Source: Octopus sinensis
Taxonomy: Eukaryota
Reading direction: 5' to 3'
Length of the DNA: 64,000 bases
Assembly: GCF_006345805.1 (NCBI RefSeq)
Contig: NC_043001.1
Coordinates: 36,146,001 to 36,210,000, forward strand
Part shown: positions 40,986 through 53,716 of the stretch, piece by piece
Layout of the letters: the number at the start of each line of letters is the position of its first letter
Position numbering within the stretch: the first letter of the stretch is position 1
The notes under the pieces: model-generated
Seen by the model: only the letters and a program-made list of their open reading frames with translations
Database searches by the model: none
What the model was told of the DNA's origin: nothing
Position numbers and translations under genes: made by a program

Positions 40986-41694
40986 TAAATGTGTCTGTGC
41001 GTGTGTGTGTGTGTCTGTGTGAGATGTCCCATACAACTGCTTGGCAAATGGTGTTGGTTTGTCTCTGACTCAGTGCAAAAGAGGCATAAAAAATGTACTT
41101 GGGTGATTTATTCGACTAAACCCTTGAAAGCGGCACCTCGGTATAGCTGTAGCCGAATGACTGAAACACGTTAAAGATAAAAATATAAACATCTTGACGG
41201 CAATAGATCTACGAACAGAAAGTGGATACTCTTTCTCAGAAAATATGAATCTGCACATAACGAACAAATGTTTGCTACCCACAAAGAGATAAAATCTGTG
41301 GTGTAATAACCATTTCGTTTACTTTTATGATATGGGTAGACTTGTATGTTTATTCATAAAATGATACTCTTTACATTTCAACATAAGTGAAGAGTGTACA
41401 GTATCAGGGAAATATTTTCAGCAAAAGTGCTCAGTAAAATTACGTGTACGTTATGAAATACTTGGAGCTACGATAATCTGATGTTGCATTGAAAATATAA
41501 CTGTAAGTAACGAAATCCTGATAGAAAAGATAAAGGAAATAGGGGTGATCATAACATGTAGTCAATCTTCAAAATTATATATATATATATATATATGTAT
41601 AAACACACACTCACATATATATACTCATATACATTTATACATATATATCTGTGTGTGTGTGTATGTGCGTGTATGATATATGTCTATGTGCATA

Positions 41695-41736
<42 letters not shown>

Positions 41737-41872
41737 TATGTGTATGTATGTATATATATATATATATGTCTATGTGTATATGTATGTATATATATATATA
41801 TATATATGTCTATGTGTATATGTATGTATATATATATATATATATGTCTATGTGTATATGTATGTATATATA

Positions 41873-41905
<33 letters not shown>

Positions 41906-41913
41906 CTTTTTAC

Positions 41914-42289
41914 TCTTTTACTTGTTTCAGACATTTGACTGTGGCCATGCTGGAGTACCGCCTTTAGTCGAGCAAATCGACCCCAGGACTTATTCTTTGT
42001 AAGCCTAATAATTATTATATCGGTTTCTTTTGCTGAACCGCTAAGTTACGGGGACGTAAATATACCACCATCGATTGTCAAGTGATGCTGGCGGGACAAA
42101 CACAGACACACAAACATATACACACTTATACGACGGGCTCCTTTCAGTTTCCGTCTACCATATCCACTCACAAGGCTTTGGTCAGCCCGAGGCTATAGTA
42201 GAAGACACTTGCCGAAGGTGCCACGCTGTGGGACTGAACCCGGAAACATCTGGCTGGTAAGCAAGCTACTTACCACACAGCCTCTCCTA
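41914..42289 (-). mobile_element. SINE family A, full-length
   Basis: Matches 32406-32792. Confidence 0.9.
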
Positions 42290-43124
42290 CGCCTATATAT
42301 ATATATATATATATATACTTACATACAGTAGACCAAAAGTGTATGTACGCCGCTATATGTATATATACAAATGGAACAAGGACATAACAGGTGACCACAA
42401 AACATTCAGACAGTTAGACGATACGAAAAAGAACAGGAAAACACAAAGACGGCTCATTCGGAGTTTTCTATCGTCAGTCGAGTTTCAGATCGTCGTTGGA
42501 CTTTCGGCCGGTTACACTCGAGACTGCTCCAATCTAACCGGCCTCAAGAAAATCTAAACTAAGAGCACTAGATTCTTTGGAAAAAAGTAAGTGAATGTAT
42601 ATGAAAACAAGGACGAAAAAAGCGGAGAAATGGTGCACAATTACAAATACAAATAGCAGGTGTCTTTCGACTAAGGACAAATTAAATTAAGCAGGTGTGT
42701 GTGAAGTGATGTCTTACGGCAGGATCATAAGTGATGAACGTCATGGGAAGGAATATAAGAGATGCTACACGGATGGTGGTCGAATCAAGAAAGAAAGGTT
42801 AGGCTTGGCGGAACACCGGTCACGCGGAAGGAAAGGGAAGAGGTGGGGGCAGAGGGATTGAAGAATTAGAGAGGGATGAGAAAGAGAGAGAAATAAAGGA
42901 AATGGACAGAGTGAGGTACAAGAGAGGTAAAAGACGAGGGAAAGTGATAAGAATGAAAAGAAAGCCAAGAAATGTGAGAGAGGGGGAGCGAGAAAAAGAA
43001 AAGTGGAAAGAACGCAGAAAGTGTGAGGTCGATTTCTTCGATTAAAACCCTTTACGGCAGTGCTCCAGCATGGTCACGGTCAAAATGACTGAAAAGTATA
43101 AGAGAATACAAGAATATATATATA

Positions 43125-43524
43125 TCTTTATATATAAAAGAGAAGTTGTGTGTCTGTCTCCTACGATTTAGATTCCTAACTACTCCCACATTTTGCGGTG
43201 CAGTTTAACCAAAAGCGGGTATCTTATAGTCGTGATTCATATCGAGCCCTTCTGGGTATTAGCGCGCGTCTACGATGAGTCTACAATTTAAAAACAAATT
43301 TACCATCATTTTTTCCATTTTAATGCATTTTTTCGCTATTATATAAGGGAAGTAACTCTCTAAAAATGTCTACGATGAGTCAACGATTAAAAAAAAAATT
43401 TACCATCATTTTTTTTTACATTTTTAATGCATTTTTTTTTTGCTATTTTTTGGCTATAACTCTCTAAAAATGCTTATATAGTTATTTCCCTTACAAACCG
43501 AGCAACGCCGGGCGATACTGCTAG
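43125..43524 (+). mobile_element. Non-autonomous Helitron
   Basis: Starts TCtttatatataaaag and ends ccgagcaacgccgggcgatactgCTAG; A|T target. Confidence 0.8.
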
Positions 43525-44422
43525 TTTATATATACATTTATATTCACGATATATTAGAATATTGTATGTTTAGTGAACATGTGGATTACATTGTTAAAAA
43601 CAAAAGAAATCATTATTTGAAGAATAAAATATTTTGAATTCCATTAATGTGTATTTGGGTGTGCATGTGTGCGAGAGAAAGATAGTTGGGGGACTGTTTA
43701 TTTCAGCTGGAATACAATATAAATTACTATATGTATGCGACTGAAGGTTTATATGTTTTTATGTGTGAGTTTTAGTTGTCTGGCTGTGTTTTTAATAAAG
43801 GAGTAAAACAAAAAACCGAGACGAAGTGTATTTTCCCCATTGGAACAATTATATATATGTGTGAATATGAAACCGAGAGAAATTAGACAGAAAGAAACGG
43901 TCAAGCTACAAGTCTGACATCTGTGGTAATCATCAGAACGTTCTTTATCTTTACACACACACAACACATACACTCTCAGACACCTATACACATACACACT
44001 CGCTCTCTGTCTCTGCCGCTCTCTCCTAAACACACACGCCCACACACGCACACAGCCCCATTCATACACAATACACACACGTTTGACAATTTGTGAATAA
44101 ATATTTATTGCATTCTTTCCGTCAGAATTTTCAGAATGATCTTGTTTTTCAGACATATGTTATGTCCAGGGAGTAATAAAGCAGCTGGTCATATAGTTTT
44201 AAGAGATAGAGAGATAGAGAGTGGGGGGGAAACGTGTATCCTATCGATGGCTTTTTATCCCCAGATCAGCCCCGTCAGTCAGACCTATGATGAAAGGTGT
44301 TTCGGCAATAAAGATACCGCACGTTATTTATTCATATTTTTAAAAGATTGATTCCTTTTCTAATTTTCAGACGGTGTGCAATATTACCCAATGTGTCCTT
44401 CTTTACTGGCTACTTTAGTATA

Positions 44423-44955
44423 CGTGGTCTGATCAATAAGTATCCGAACTGTTGCCATAGTGACGAAGCTAAAGCAAGCAGAGGAAAGCTGCTCGGAACA
44501 GATTGACCTTGTACTTCGCTGTGCAGGCGCACTAAGTATTAACGTTCTAGCTCACTTCCGCTGTTTATAGCAGTGCTTGAAAGGAAGGTGTGTAGCGTGT
44601 GATCATCGCATTGAAAATGACAGAGAAATGCTTGGCGATACCTGCTCAGAGGCCTACGCGAAGTTTTCAAAAAGTTTTCATCACAAGGCAACCCCAGTGT
44701 CTTTTTGGTCTGCTGAAAGCAGTTTTGGCACAAATTTAGCAGACACGCGTCTCATACTCAAATCTTCAGTGATAATGGACTGAAATGAACCGTAACTAAT
44801 CTGAACATCCTTATGGATAGTGATTCGACGGTTTCCCCTCACAGCTGCGCGCACATCTGCAATGTTTTTCTGAGTTCTGCTGGTTGCGGGTCTTCCAGAA
44901 CGTTCGTCACTATCGACATTTTTCGGCCTGCTTAGAAACGTCTGAACCACTCATA
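44423..44955. mobile_element. Rearranged mariner fragment: 5' TIR and ORF start on +, next ORF segment inverted on -
   Basis: TA-cgtggtctgatcaataagtatccg TIR, then MTE...LGDTCSEAYAK on +. ORF 44681-44950 on - gives SDERSGRPATSRT...MRRVSAKFVPKLLSADQK. Confidence 0.75.
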
Positions 44956-45227
44956 CACTTGTGTGCAATACATCTATCGTTTTTAATATTTGCGTGGGTA
45001 CTATTCTAAGACCCTTGTAGTAGCGTTATCTGTGGTAGAAGCATTCAAAGTAGTTTTATATTTTGCGATAAAATATGATTCTTTGTATTGTTGTATTGTT
45101 CCTAAATTTATAGAGGGGAAAAATTCTCAATTAGGGTAGTTCATTAGTGACGCAAATATCGATGTGTTCACTAAATGGTATTTTTCTGTATTCCCGTATT
45201 TTAATCTGGAATCTATGTACGTATACA

Positions 45228-45294
<67 letters not shown>

Positions 45295-46465
45295 TATAAT
45301 ATAAATCATAATTTATTAAAAACACATATATATAGGGAGAAAGGGAAACAGGCATGCATACAGACAGACAGGTAGACAAAAGGAAATCCCTAAAAATGCC
45401 TAAACGCCTGTGCTTATCTATTTCCATAAATATAATCTTTTAAATCTATATCGTGAGCCCTGTTTACAAAATACGTTTTTTTTTCATATTATATGTAATT
45501 TTCTGAGCTTACTCCCTCATATTTATCAACATAAGAATAACACTTGCAGCTTTCAGTATTGTAAACTTATTTGACCATTTGTCGTCTTAGACCAAATATT
45601 ATATTCAAGATGAAACACCACCAATCGAGCGTTGCTTCTTCTAGTAATAACAATGGTTTCAATGATTGGCCAACAGTTTAGTGGGAGGATATTGGTCGAT
45701 TTCATCGACCGCAGCACGTGACTGATAGCTTATTTCATCGATCACCGAAAGAAGGAATTACAAAGATGATCTCAGCGAATTTGAACTCAGCGCATGAAGA
45801 GCCAGAAGAAATACTACTAAACAATTTGGCCGGCGTGTTACTGATTCGACCAGCTTGCAGCTTTTCTCCTGATCATAATAATCCTTCCAACAACAGGTTC
45901 AGGTCCTGATTTTTTAATTTTATTTATTTATTTATTTTTTTGAGTGGGTGGATCGATTAAAACGACCCCAGTACTCAATTGGTATTTATATCATCGACCC
46001 CGAAAGAATGAAAGTCAAAGTTGACCATGACGCAATTTGAAACCTGAAGATAAGATGAACGAAATGCCGCTAAGTATTTTGGCCGATGTGCTACCGAGTC
46101 TGCCAGCTTACAATCTCTCTCTAAGTTATAATAATGATCTTTGTTTATTTGCCACAAGAGCGTCTGACCAGGGCACATAGCCAGAACAAGTTACAAAAAT
46201 CTTATGGAAGGGTGACAATCACACAATCGATTAAGAAATATAAATAAATATTTAGGTAACTGGATAAACGGGAACGGGAAACAAAAACAAAAAAATGGAA
46301 TGAGAAGTCATAATAGAAAAACAGTCATATTGACCGCATGAAGGAAACCTCCAAATCCAGGATTGTCCTTACTGCTAAGGGAAAACACCACCTCTCATCT
46401 GCGTTCTAAGGTGCTATGATAATGAATGTCATTAAATTTAGCATACGTCTACACGGATTTTACAT

Positions 46466-46810
46466 ATGGCTCAGTGGTTAGAGCGTCGAGCTTACGATCG
46501 TGAGGTTGTGAGGTTGTGAGCTCGAATCCCGGACCGGGCTGCGTGTTGTGTTCTTGAGCAAGGCACTTTATTTCACGTTGCTCCAGTTCACTCATCTGTA
46601 GAAATGAGTTGCGACGTCACTGGTGCCAAGATGTATCGACCTTTGTCTTTCCCTTGGATAACACTGGTGGTGTGGAGAGGGGAGGCCGGTATGCATGGGC
46701 GACTGCTGGTCTTCCATAAACAACCTTGCCCAGACTTGTGCCTCAGAGGGTTACTCTCTGGGTGCAAACCCATGGTCATTCATGACCGAAGGGGGTCTTT
46801 ACCTTTACCT
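46466..46810 (+). mobile_element. SINE family D
   Basis: ggctcagtggttagagcgtcgagc A-box, gctcgaatccc B-box, central tgtgttcttgagcaaggcactttatttcacgttgctccag, tail ...catgaccgaagggggtctttacc. Confidence 0.85.
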
Positions 46811-46931
46811 TACTTGGCTCATACTAACTATTAACGGCTCTATTTTGGTAAAAGACGTATTTGAAGCGGCAATATTTCAAAACGTTAAGCCAGTGTAAAA
46901 CTGCCATCGATATCAGCTATAATTCTTTTTA

Positions 46932-47495
46932 TTGGGCTGTCCGGAAAGTTCGTGCCGATTTTTAAAGGAAAGAAAAAGGTCAATAAATACTTGCCATTAC
47001 ATTTTTAATCAACCAAATATGAACCCTTTTGTTGCACAATGCGTCTCCATCTTTCCTTTAACTTGAAAATGCCCTCTTCCCAGAATTGAGGTGGTTTCAT
47101 GGCAAAGAATTCATCAAGGTATCTTTTTACGTCATCCAAGGAACTGATATTTTTACCATTAACACTATTCTGCAGAGACGTGTATAAGGGAAATCCGAAA
47201 GAGCAACATCTGGTGAATATGGAGGGTGGGGTAACACATCTCAGCCGAGCTGCAGCAATTTTTGTCTGGTTGCCAAAGGATCAAGCGCCGAAAATGAACT
47301 TTCTTATCTTCAATTTAAAAGGTTACAGAATTAACACAGGTTATAGGAACATAAAAATTCTTCCACGAAAAGATAGCTTAAACTGTGCTTTAAATGGAGG
47401 TGTAGTCAAATCCTATTTCATAGACTCAACCATGTTCTAAAATAAGTCGAAATGTAAGCTACTATAAATCGACACGAACTTTCCGGACAACCCAA
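46932..47495 (-). mobile_element. Internally deleted mariner (cecropia-like) with 30-bp TIRs and TA TSD
   Basis: ttggg(c/t)tgtccggaaagttcgtg(c/t)cgattt at both ends; C-terminus NSVNGKNISSLDDVKRYLDEFFAMKPPQFWEEGIFKLKERWRRIVQQKGSYLVD*. Confidence 0.85.
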
Positions 47496-48208
47496 TACTT
47501 TTGGCAAAAGGATAGATATTTTGAAGGGAGGAAGAAATCAATTACATTGGCTTTAGTGCTCAGCTAGTACTTATTTTATCGAGCCTGAAAGGATGAAAAG
47601 CAAAGTCGACCTCGACAAAATTTGAACTTAGAACGGGTAAAAGCTGAAAGATATGGCGATAAACATTTCCCGTTCGGCGTGGTACCAAATTCGCTAGCTC
47701 GCCACACTGTAGGTAGTAGTAAAAATCACGATAATAATTTCTAAAACAACAGCAATATCTAAGAATGAGGAAGTATGCAACTAGAGTCGGTAAAATCCAC
47801 CCAATATTTTATGCCGAAGACGTCTAAATGACAACAAAATAAATAAGATTTGTCCAATAAAGCTATTCCTATATCATATGGAAGCAGTAGTCTTTATGAA
47901 GATAAATATTATGAATAAATATTTGAAGTCTATGTTAGTTTTACTCCAGCTTCATGATTTTTTTTTGTTTTTTGTTAACGTCATGAAGCAGAAACTCACA
48001 TAAGTGTTATATATTTCAGTCACATGGTGATTCTAGAATTTTTGTTGTCCTTTTATTTTATTTTTGGCAAGCGACAATTCCAGCAGAAAAAAGATGCCAA
48101 TAGTGGGATAATCCATAACTGCATAAGGATACTAAAGTCGTCGGAGAATAACAAAAAACATATAAAGAAGACATAGAATCGCGCGCGCGTGTTTTATGTG
48201 TATGTGTG

Positions 48209-48253
<45 letters not shown>

Positions 48254-48266
48254 TATATATATATAA

Positions 48267-49188
48267 TAATCAAAGGATACACTGAAGTGTCTACCCGCAA
48301 GAAATAAGAGTTAAAACCCTCATTTGGCCCACTAAAACCTACACCAAAAATTACACTGAAAATAACAGATACAACAGTATACGGGCAAGCGAACCTTAAA
48401 AAAGATCGCTCACATACCATTATAGCATAAATCTATAATATTTAAGGGAACAGGTATATATGTGGACCAGTTTCTGGTTTGACACAAAGTTCTTACCTGC
48501 CTCAGCACATCTTAACCTTTAGAAACATCCTCCTAGTCCGTCACCTTGAAATCTTAGCGCCAAAATGTGGGTAGCTTCAGTATGAAAGTACTAATCAACA
48601 GCAAAAATATTCAGAACTGAATATTTATATAGATACTAATATTATTGTTGTCGAAGTCAATAAAAATAGTCCATAATAACAACGATATTAATATAGGTGT
48701 TTGCAGGCCTAAATCAGCGTTATATAGCTATAGAATAAAAATTATATTAATCAAAGGTTGGCAGACTGAAAGGATGTTTCTAAAGGTTAAGATGCGCAAA
48801 AGAAGGTAAGAAATTTGTGTCAAATCAGAAACCCGGTTCACACATATACCTGTTCCATTAAATATATAACTTCATGATATAATAATATGTGAGAGATCTT
48901 TTTTCATTTCGCTCACCCGTATAGAGTTGTATCTGTTATTTTCAGTGAAATTTTGGGTGGTCGGTCCAAATGAGGGTTTCAACTCTTATTTCTAGCGGAT
49001 AAGACACTTCAGTGTGTCCTTTGATTAATATAATTTTAATTCTATAGCGATATAACGCTGATTTAGGCCTGCAACACCTATATCAATATCGTTGTTATTA
49101 TGAACTATTTCTATTAACTTCGATAATAATAACAATATTAATATCTCCATAAATATTCAATTCTGAATATTTTTGCTGCTGATTAGTA
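48267..49188. repeat. Permuted and inverted duplication, A(+) B(+) A(-) B(-)
   Basis: A 48267-48531 mirrors 48771-49027; B 48589-48757 mirrors 49018-49188. Confidence 0.85.
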
Positions 49189-49291
49189 AATATATATATG
49201 TGTGTGTGTGTGTGTGTATGTGTGTGTGTGTGTGCGTGTGTGTGCGTGTGTGTGTAGGTGCTTGTGTGTGTGGGTATATATATATATATAG

Positions 49292-49322
<31 letters not shown>

Positions 49323-50262
49323 ATATGTATATATATTTATCTATTTATTTATATATGCAGGTATGTATCCACAACATAACACATATATGCATGTGTATAC
49401 AATACACATATATATGAATTATATATTATACATTATACATGAATATTATATTATTATATATTAGAAGATATATAATATTTATATATAGAAACATTATTAT
49501 TTCCAAGTCTCTCAAAGAGAGATATTCGGTAACGGTTCTTTAAAGTAAAGGCTATTTGCCAACATAATGTGGGTGTCCTAGGAGGGACGATTGTTACTGC
49601 TGATTAGCCCGAGGAAACATCGTTTCTAGCTGGCTATACGACGCAATACCTGTGTCTTTATATTTTGCAACATCCAGCACTAAGCAACATCTGTGGACCA
49701 GTTTCTAGATTATTGCCTTTTATCAACACAGTAAAGAAGCTTGGCTAAGTGGCGTTGCTGAATCCCTGTTCGAAAATATATAGTTTTCAAAGTGACACAC
49801 TGTTACTGATCTAATAAATAGAAGCATTATTATTTCTATATCTCTCAAAGAGATATATTCAGTAACAGTTCTTTAAAGTAAAGACTATTTGTCAACAAAT
49901 CCACCCCAGAGCTTATTCTTTATAAGCCTAGTACTTATTCTATCGGTCTCTTTTGCCGAACCGCTAAGCTATGGGGACATAAACACACCAGCATCGGTTG
50001 TCAAGTGATGATTGGGGGACACACACAGGAACAAACACACACACACACACACACAGACACACACACACACATATATTTATATATATATACATGTATGTAT
50101 ATGTATATGCATATGTATATGTATATACCACGGGATTCTTCCAGTTTCCCTGTACCAAATCCCGAAGCTGTAGTAGAACACTCGCCGAAGGTACCACGTG
50201 ATGGGTCGACTGAACCCGGAACCATGTGATTAGGAAGCAAGCTTATTACCACACAGTCATGC

Positions 50263-50337
<75 letters not shown>

Positions 50338-50341
50338 TATA

Positions 50342-50405
<64 letters not shown>

Positions 50406-50738
50406 CATATATTATATATATATATATATATATTTGTGTGTGTGTCTGTGTTTATGCTCCCCACATCGCTTGACAACCGATGTTGATGTGTTTAAGTCCC
50501 CGTAACTTCTTGGTTTGGCAAAAGAGACAAATAGAATAAGTACTAGGCTTACAAAGAAAAAGTCCTGGAGTCTCGATTGGTTCGACTACAGACGTGCACC
50601 AGCATGGCTGCAGTCAAATGACTGAAACAAGTAAAAGAATATATATATGTATATATATAATATTATATATATATACGTTTAAATATTTGTTGTGCAAGAT
50701 TTTTTATGTGAAGTCGTGTGTTGAAACAGATATTGTTA

Positions 50739-52404
50739 TATTTCGGAATGGTCATATTGCCAGTTTAGCCAATAAAACACACGCACTATATATTTGGTGT
50801 TTTTGCTTCAGTGATATTTATTTTTTACATTAATCTTAATCTTATTTCGGCCAAAGTTCTTTCGTCACACTCCTGTGACCGCATCAGTGGTCCTTTGTTT
50901 TCTTCTCACTTACTTGTGTCTCTCCTTACTAACCGTCAGCCATTTTGTATTCTATTGTATGTCTTCATTTGCGCATGCTTATATCTCTATGTGCGTCTAT
51001 GTTTATTTAGTGTGTGGGGGGGATGCCTGTAATATTTGTATATTCTGGTATATACATTCTTGTAATTTGTATTTTGTTTTTGTTGTTGCTTTTGTTCTAA
51101 TTTTTTCATGTGTTTACATCCACCCATTATTATCATTACATATGCTTGTATGTGTATAACAACAATATTAGTAATAATAATAATAAATCTAATCGAAAAA
51201 AAAAAAAAATATATATATACATATACATATATATATATATACATATACATATACATATACATACATATATACACACATACATACAATATAGATATTCATT
51301 TCTATTTCTTTAATTACCTGTGTATTTATTATGTTTGCAGGATCCACTATTGTCATATGTTGTGGTGTGCGCTATTGCTCCATTCTAGTTTTCTATTCAG
51401 GCTAGGTTTATTTTCTATTATATGTGTAGCTTCTGTAATTTGTCTAATTGTTGCATCTGTTCTATGTGTGGACAATATCTTAATCTCTATGTTATTGATT
51501 GATCCCCCGTGTTCTTGTTCGGCGTGTTGGTACAGAATCGATGAGCTTTTACCTTCCTTGAGTTGTCTCCAATGTTCATTCACCCGCTCACCAATGCTTC
51601 TTGCAGTTTCCCCTACGTATGTTACTGTCTTGTTACTGCATCGTCCCTCTATACATCTTATACTATAGACCACATTTTGGCTTTACAGTTCGTTTGTGGG
51701 CTAAATCTACATACAGTGCAATAGTTATCCGTACAGAGAGTTCTACTAAAAGGATAGCTTCTACCAATTATAGATCTGATAGGGTTGCCTGGCTTTTCAA
51801 CAACCTTAATTCTTAGTTTAAGTTTATCTAGGGTCCTTCTAAAGCGGTACGCTAGTTCACCTCCAGGGGTGGTGTCAACGAACATGACACTCTGGTATTT
51901 ATGGCTATCATACCAAGAGTTGGCCTTCCCTATTTTTTTTCGATTAGATTTATTATTATTATTACTAATATTGTTGTTATACATACATACAAGCATATGT
52001 AATGAATAATGGGGTGGATGTAACACATGAACAAAATTAGAACAAAAGCAACAACAAAAACAAAATACAAATTACAAGAATGTATATAACCAGAAGATAC
52101 AAATATTACAGGCATCCCCCCCCACAACACTAAATAAACATAGACGCACATAGAGATATAAGCATGCGCAAATGAAGACATACAATAGAAATACAAAATG
52201 GCTGACGGTTAGTAAGGAGAGACACAAGTAAGTGAGAAGAAAACAAAGGACCACTGATGCGGTCACAGGAGTGTGACGAAAGAACTTTGGGCCGAAATAA
52301 GATTAAGATTAATGTAAAAAAAAATATCACTGAAGCAAAATAACACCAAATATATAGTGCGTGTGTGTTTTATTGGCTAAACTGGCAATATGACCATTCC
52401 GAAA
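50739..52404 (-). mobile_element. 5'-truncated Penelope-like element (Neptune-like C-terminus) with an inverted pseudo-LTR
   Basis: ORF pieces 51353-51915: SVMFVDTTPGGELA, KVVEKPG, C-x4-C-x2-C linker, VYSIRC...YVGETARS...EH...RQITEA..I..NKPSLN. Arms of ~475 bp at 50739-51212 and 51931-52404 are inverted. Confidence 0.85.
52248..52293 (+). ncRNA. Type I hammerhead-like motif in the PLE pseudo-LTR (mirror copy at 50849-50893 on -)
   Basis: GGACCA CUGAUGC G GUCAC AGGAGU GUGAC GAAAG AA CUU UGGGCC; A9 position is C. Confidence 0.6.
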
Positions 52405-52409
52405 CATAC

Positions 52410-52474
<65 letters not shown>

Positions 52475-53099
52475 GTGTATGTGTGTGTATGTTTGTCTAT
52501 TATATGTACACACGCACGCACACACACACACACAGGCATACATACACACGCTCGTTTACCTCTATGTGTGCGCGCTTGACTGTCTGTGGCAAAGCAACAA
52601 ACAAACAAAAAAAGGTGTCAGTAATATGATAATTACTTTTTACCTTATTATTTCTTTCTCCTATTTCAAATAACAAAATCTCGAATCAACCCCCAAAGTC
52701 TTTATTCTAGATGTACAATACGCTTTAGTTCAGATTTATCCACCTTAGCTATCTAATCCATTTGAAGATATCCCAACATGCTCTGCTTCACAAAAATAAT
52801 GATGGAATGAACACGAAATTTGAGCCTGGAGATCTGGCACCTTTTTCATTTTATAGATCAGGTTTTTCTTCTCTTTTATGCCACTAATATGGATGGATGA
52901 ACATTATTACTTCGCTAAGTTTGATTACTTAGTATAGCCTGAATGTTTCTTCTTACAAAATATAAAAGTAACTAATATTTTCAGTTTTTACCGCTGTCAG
53001 ATGATATTATATGATGTCCTAGCAAAAATTTACTACCTACATATATATATATATATGTATATATATTTGCACTTTCTACTTGTGCTTTCAAGAAATTTC

Positions 53100-53224
53100 G
53101 ATACTACTACTACTATCCTCCTCCTACTCTTCCTCTTTTTCTCCTTCTTCTTCTTCTTCTTCTTCTTCCTCCTCCTCCTCCTCCTCCTGCTTCTGCTACT
53201 CCTGATTCTGCTACTCCTGCTACT
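53100..53224. repeat. (TCC/TTC/CTA)n trinucleotide tract
   Basis: Directly visible. Confidence 0.9.
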
Positions 53225-53452
53225 TATTTCTTTACTACCCATAAGGGGCTAAACACGGAAGGGACAAACAAGGACAGACAAACGGATTAAGTCGATTATA
53301 TCGACCCCAGTGCGTAAGTGGTACTTAATTTAGCGACCGCGAAAGGATGAAAGGCAAAGTCGACCTCGGCGGAATTTGAACTCAGAACGTAGCGGCAGAC
53401 GAAATACACTACGCATTTCACCCGGCGTGCTAACGTTTCTGCCAACTCACCA
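53225..53452 (-). mobile_element. SINE family B monomer with a 15-bp TSD
   Basis: gctactcctgctact at 53210-53224 and 53453-53467. Confidence 0.9.
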
Positions 53453-53716
53453 GCTACTCCTGCTACTGGCGGAATCTCTAAAGCATAAGAATATATCTTG
53501 ATTTTCGTATTTAGATAAGTTTACTTACATCATGTGACTGTAATGCTTATGTGAGTTTCTACTTTATGGCGTTAACAAAAAAACTATCTGAAAGTTGGAG
53601 TAATAGTAACTTGGACTTTAAATATTTATTCATAATATTTATCATCATAAAGACTACTGCTTGCATATGATATAGGAATAGCTTTATTGGACAAATCTTA
53701 TTCTATGTGATATGGA

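Noticed and set aside
51108-51668. 186-aa plus-strand ORF, the longest in the track
   Set aside because: It is antisense to the PLE endonuclease region and starts in a microsatellite.
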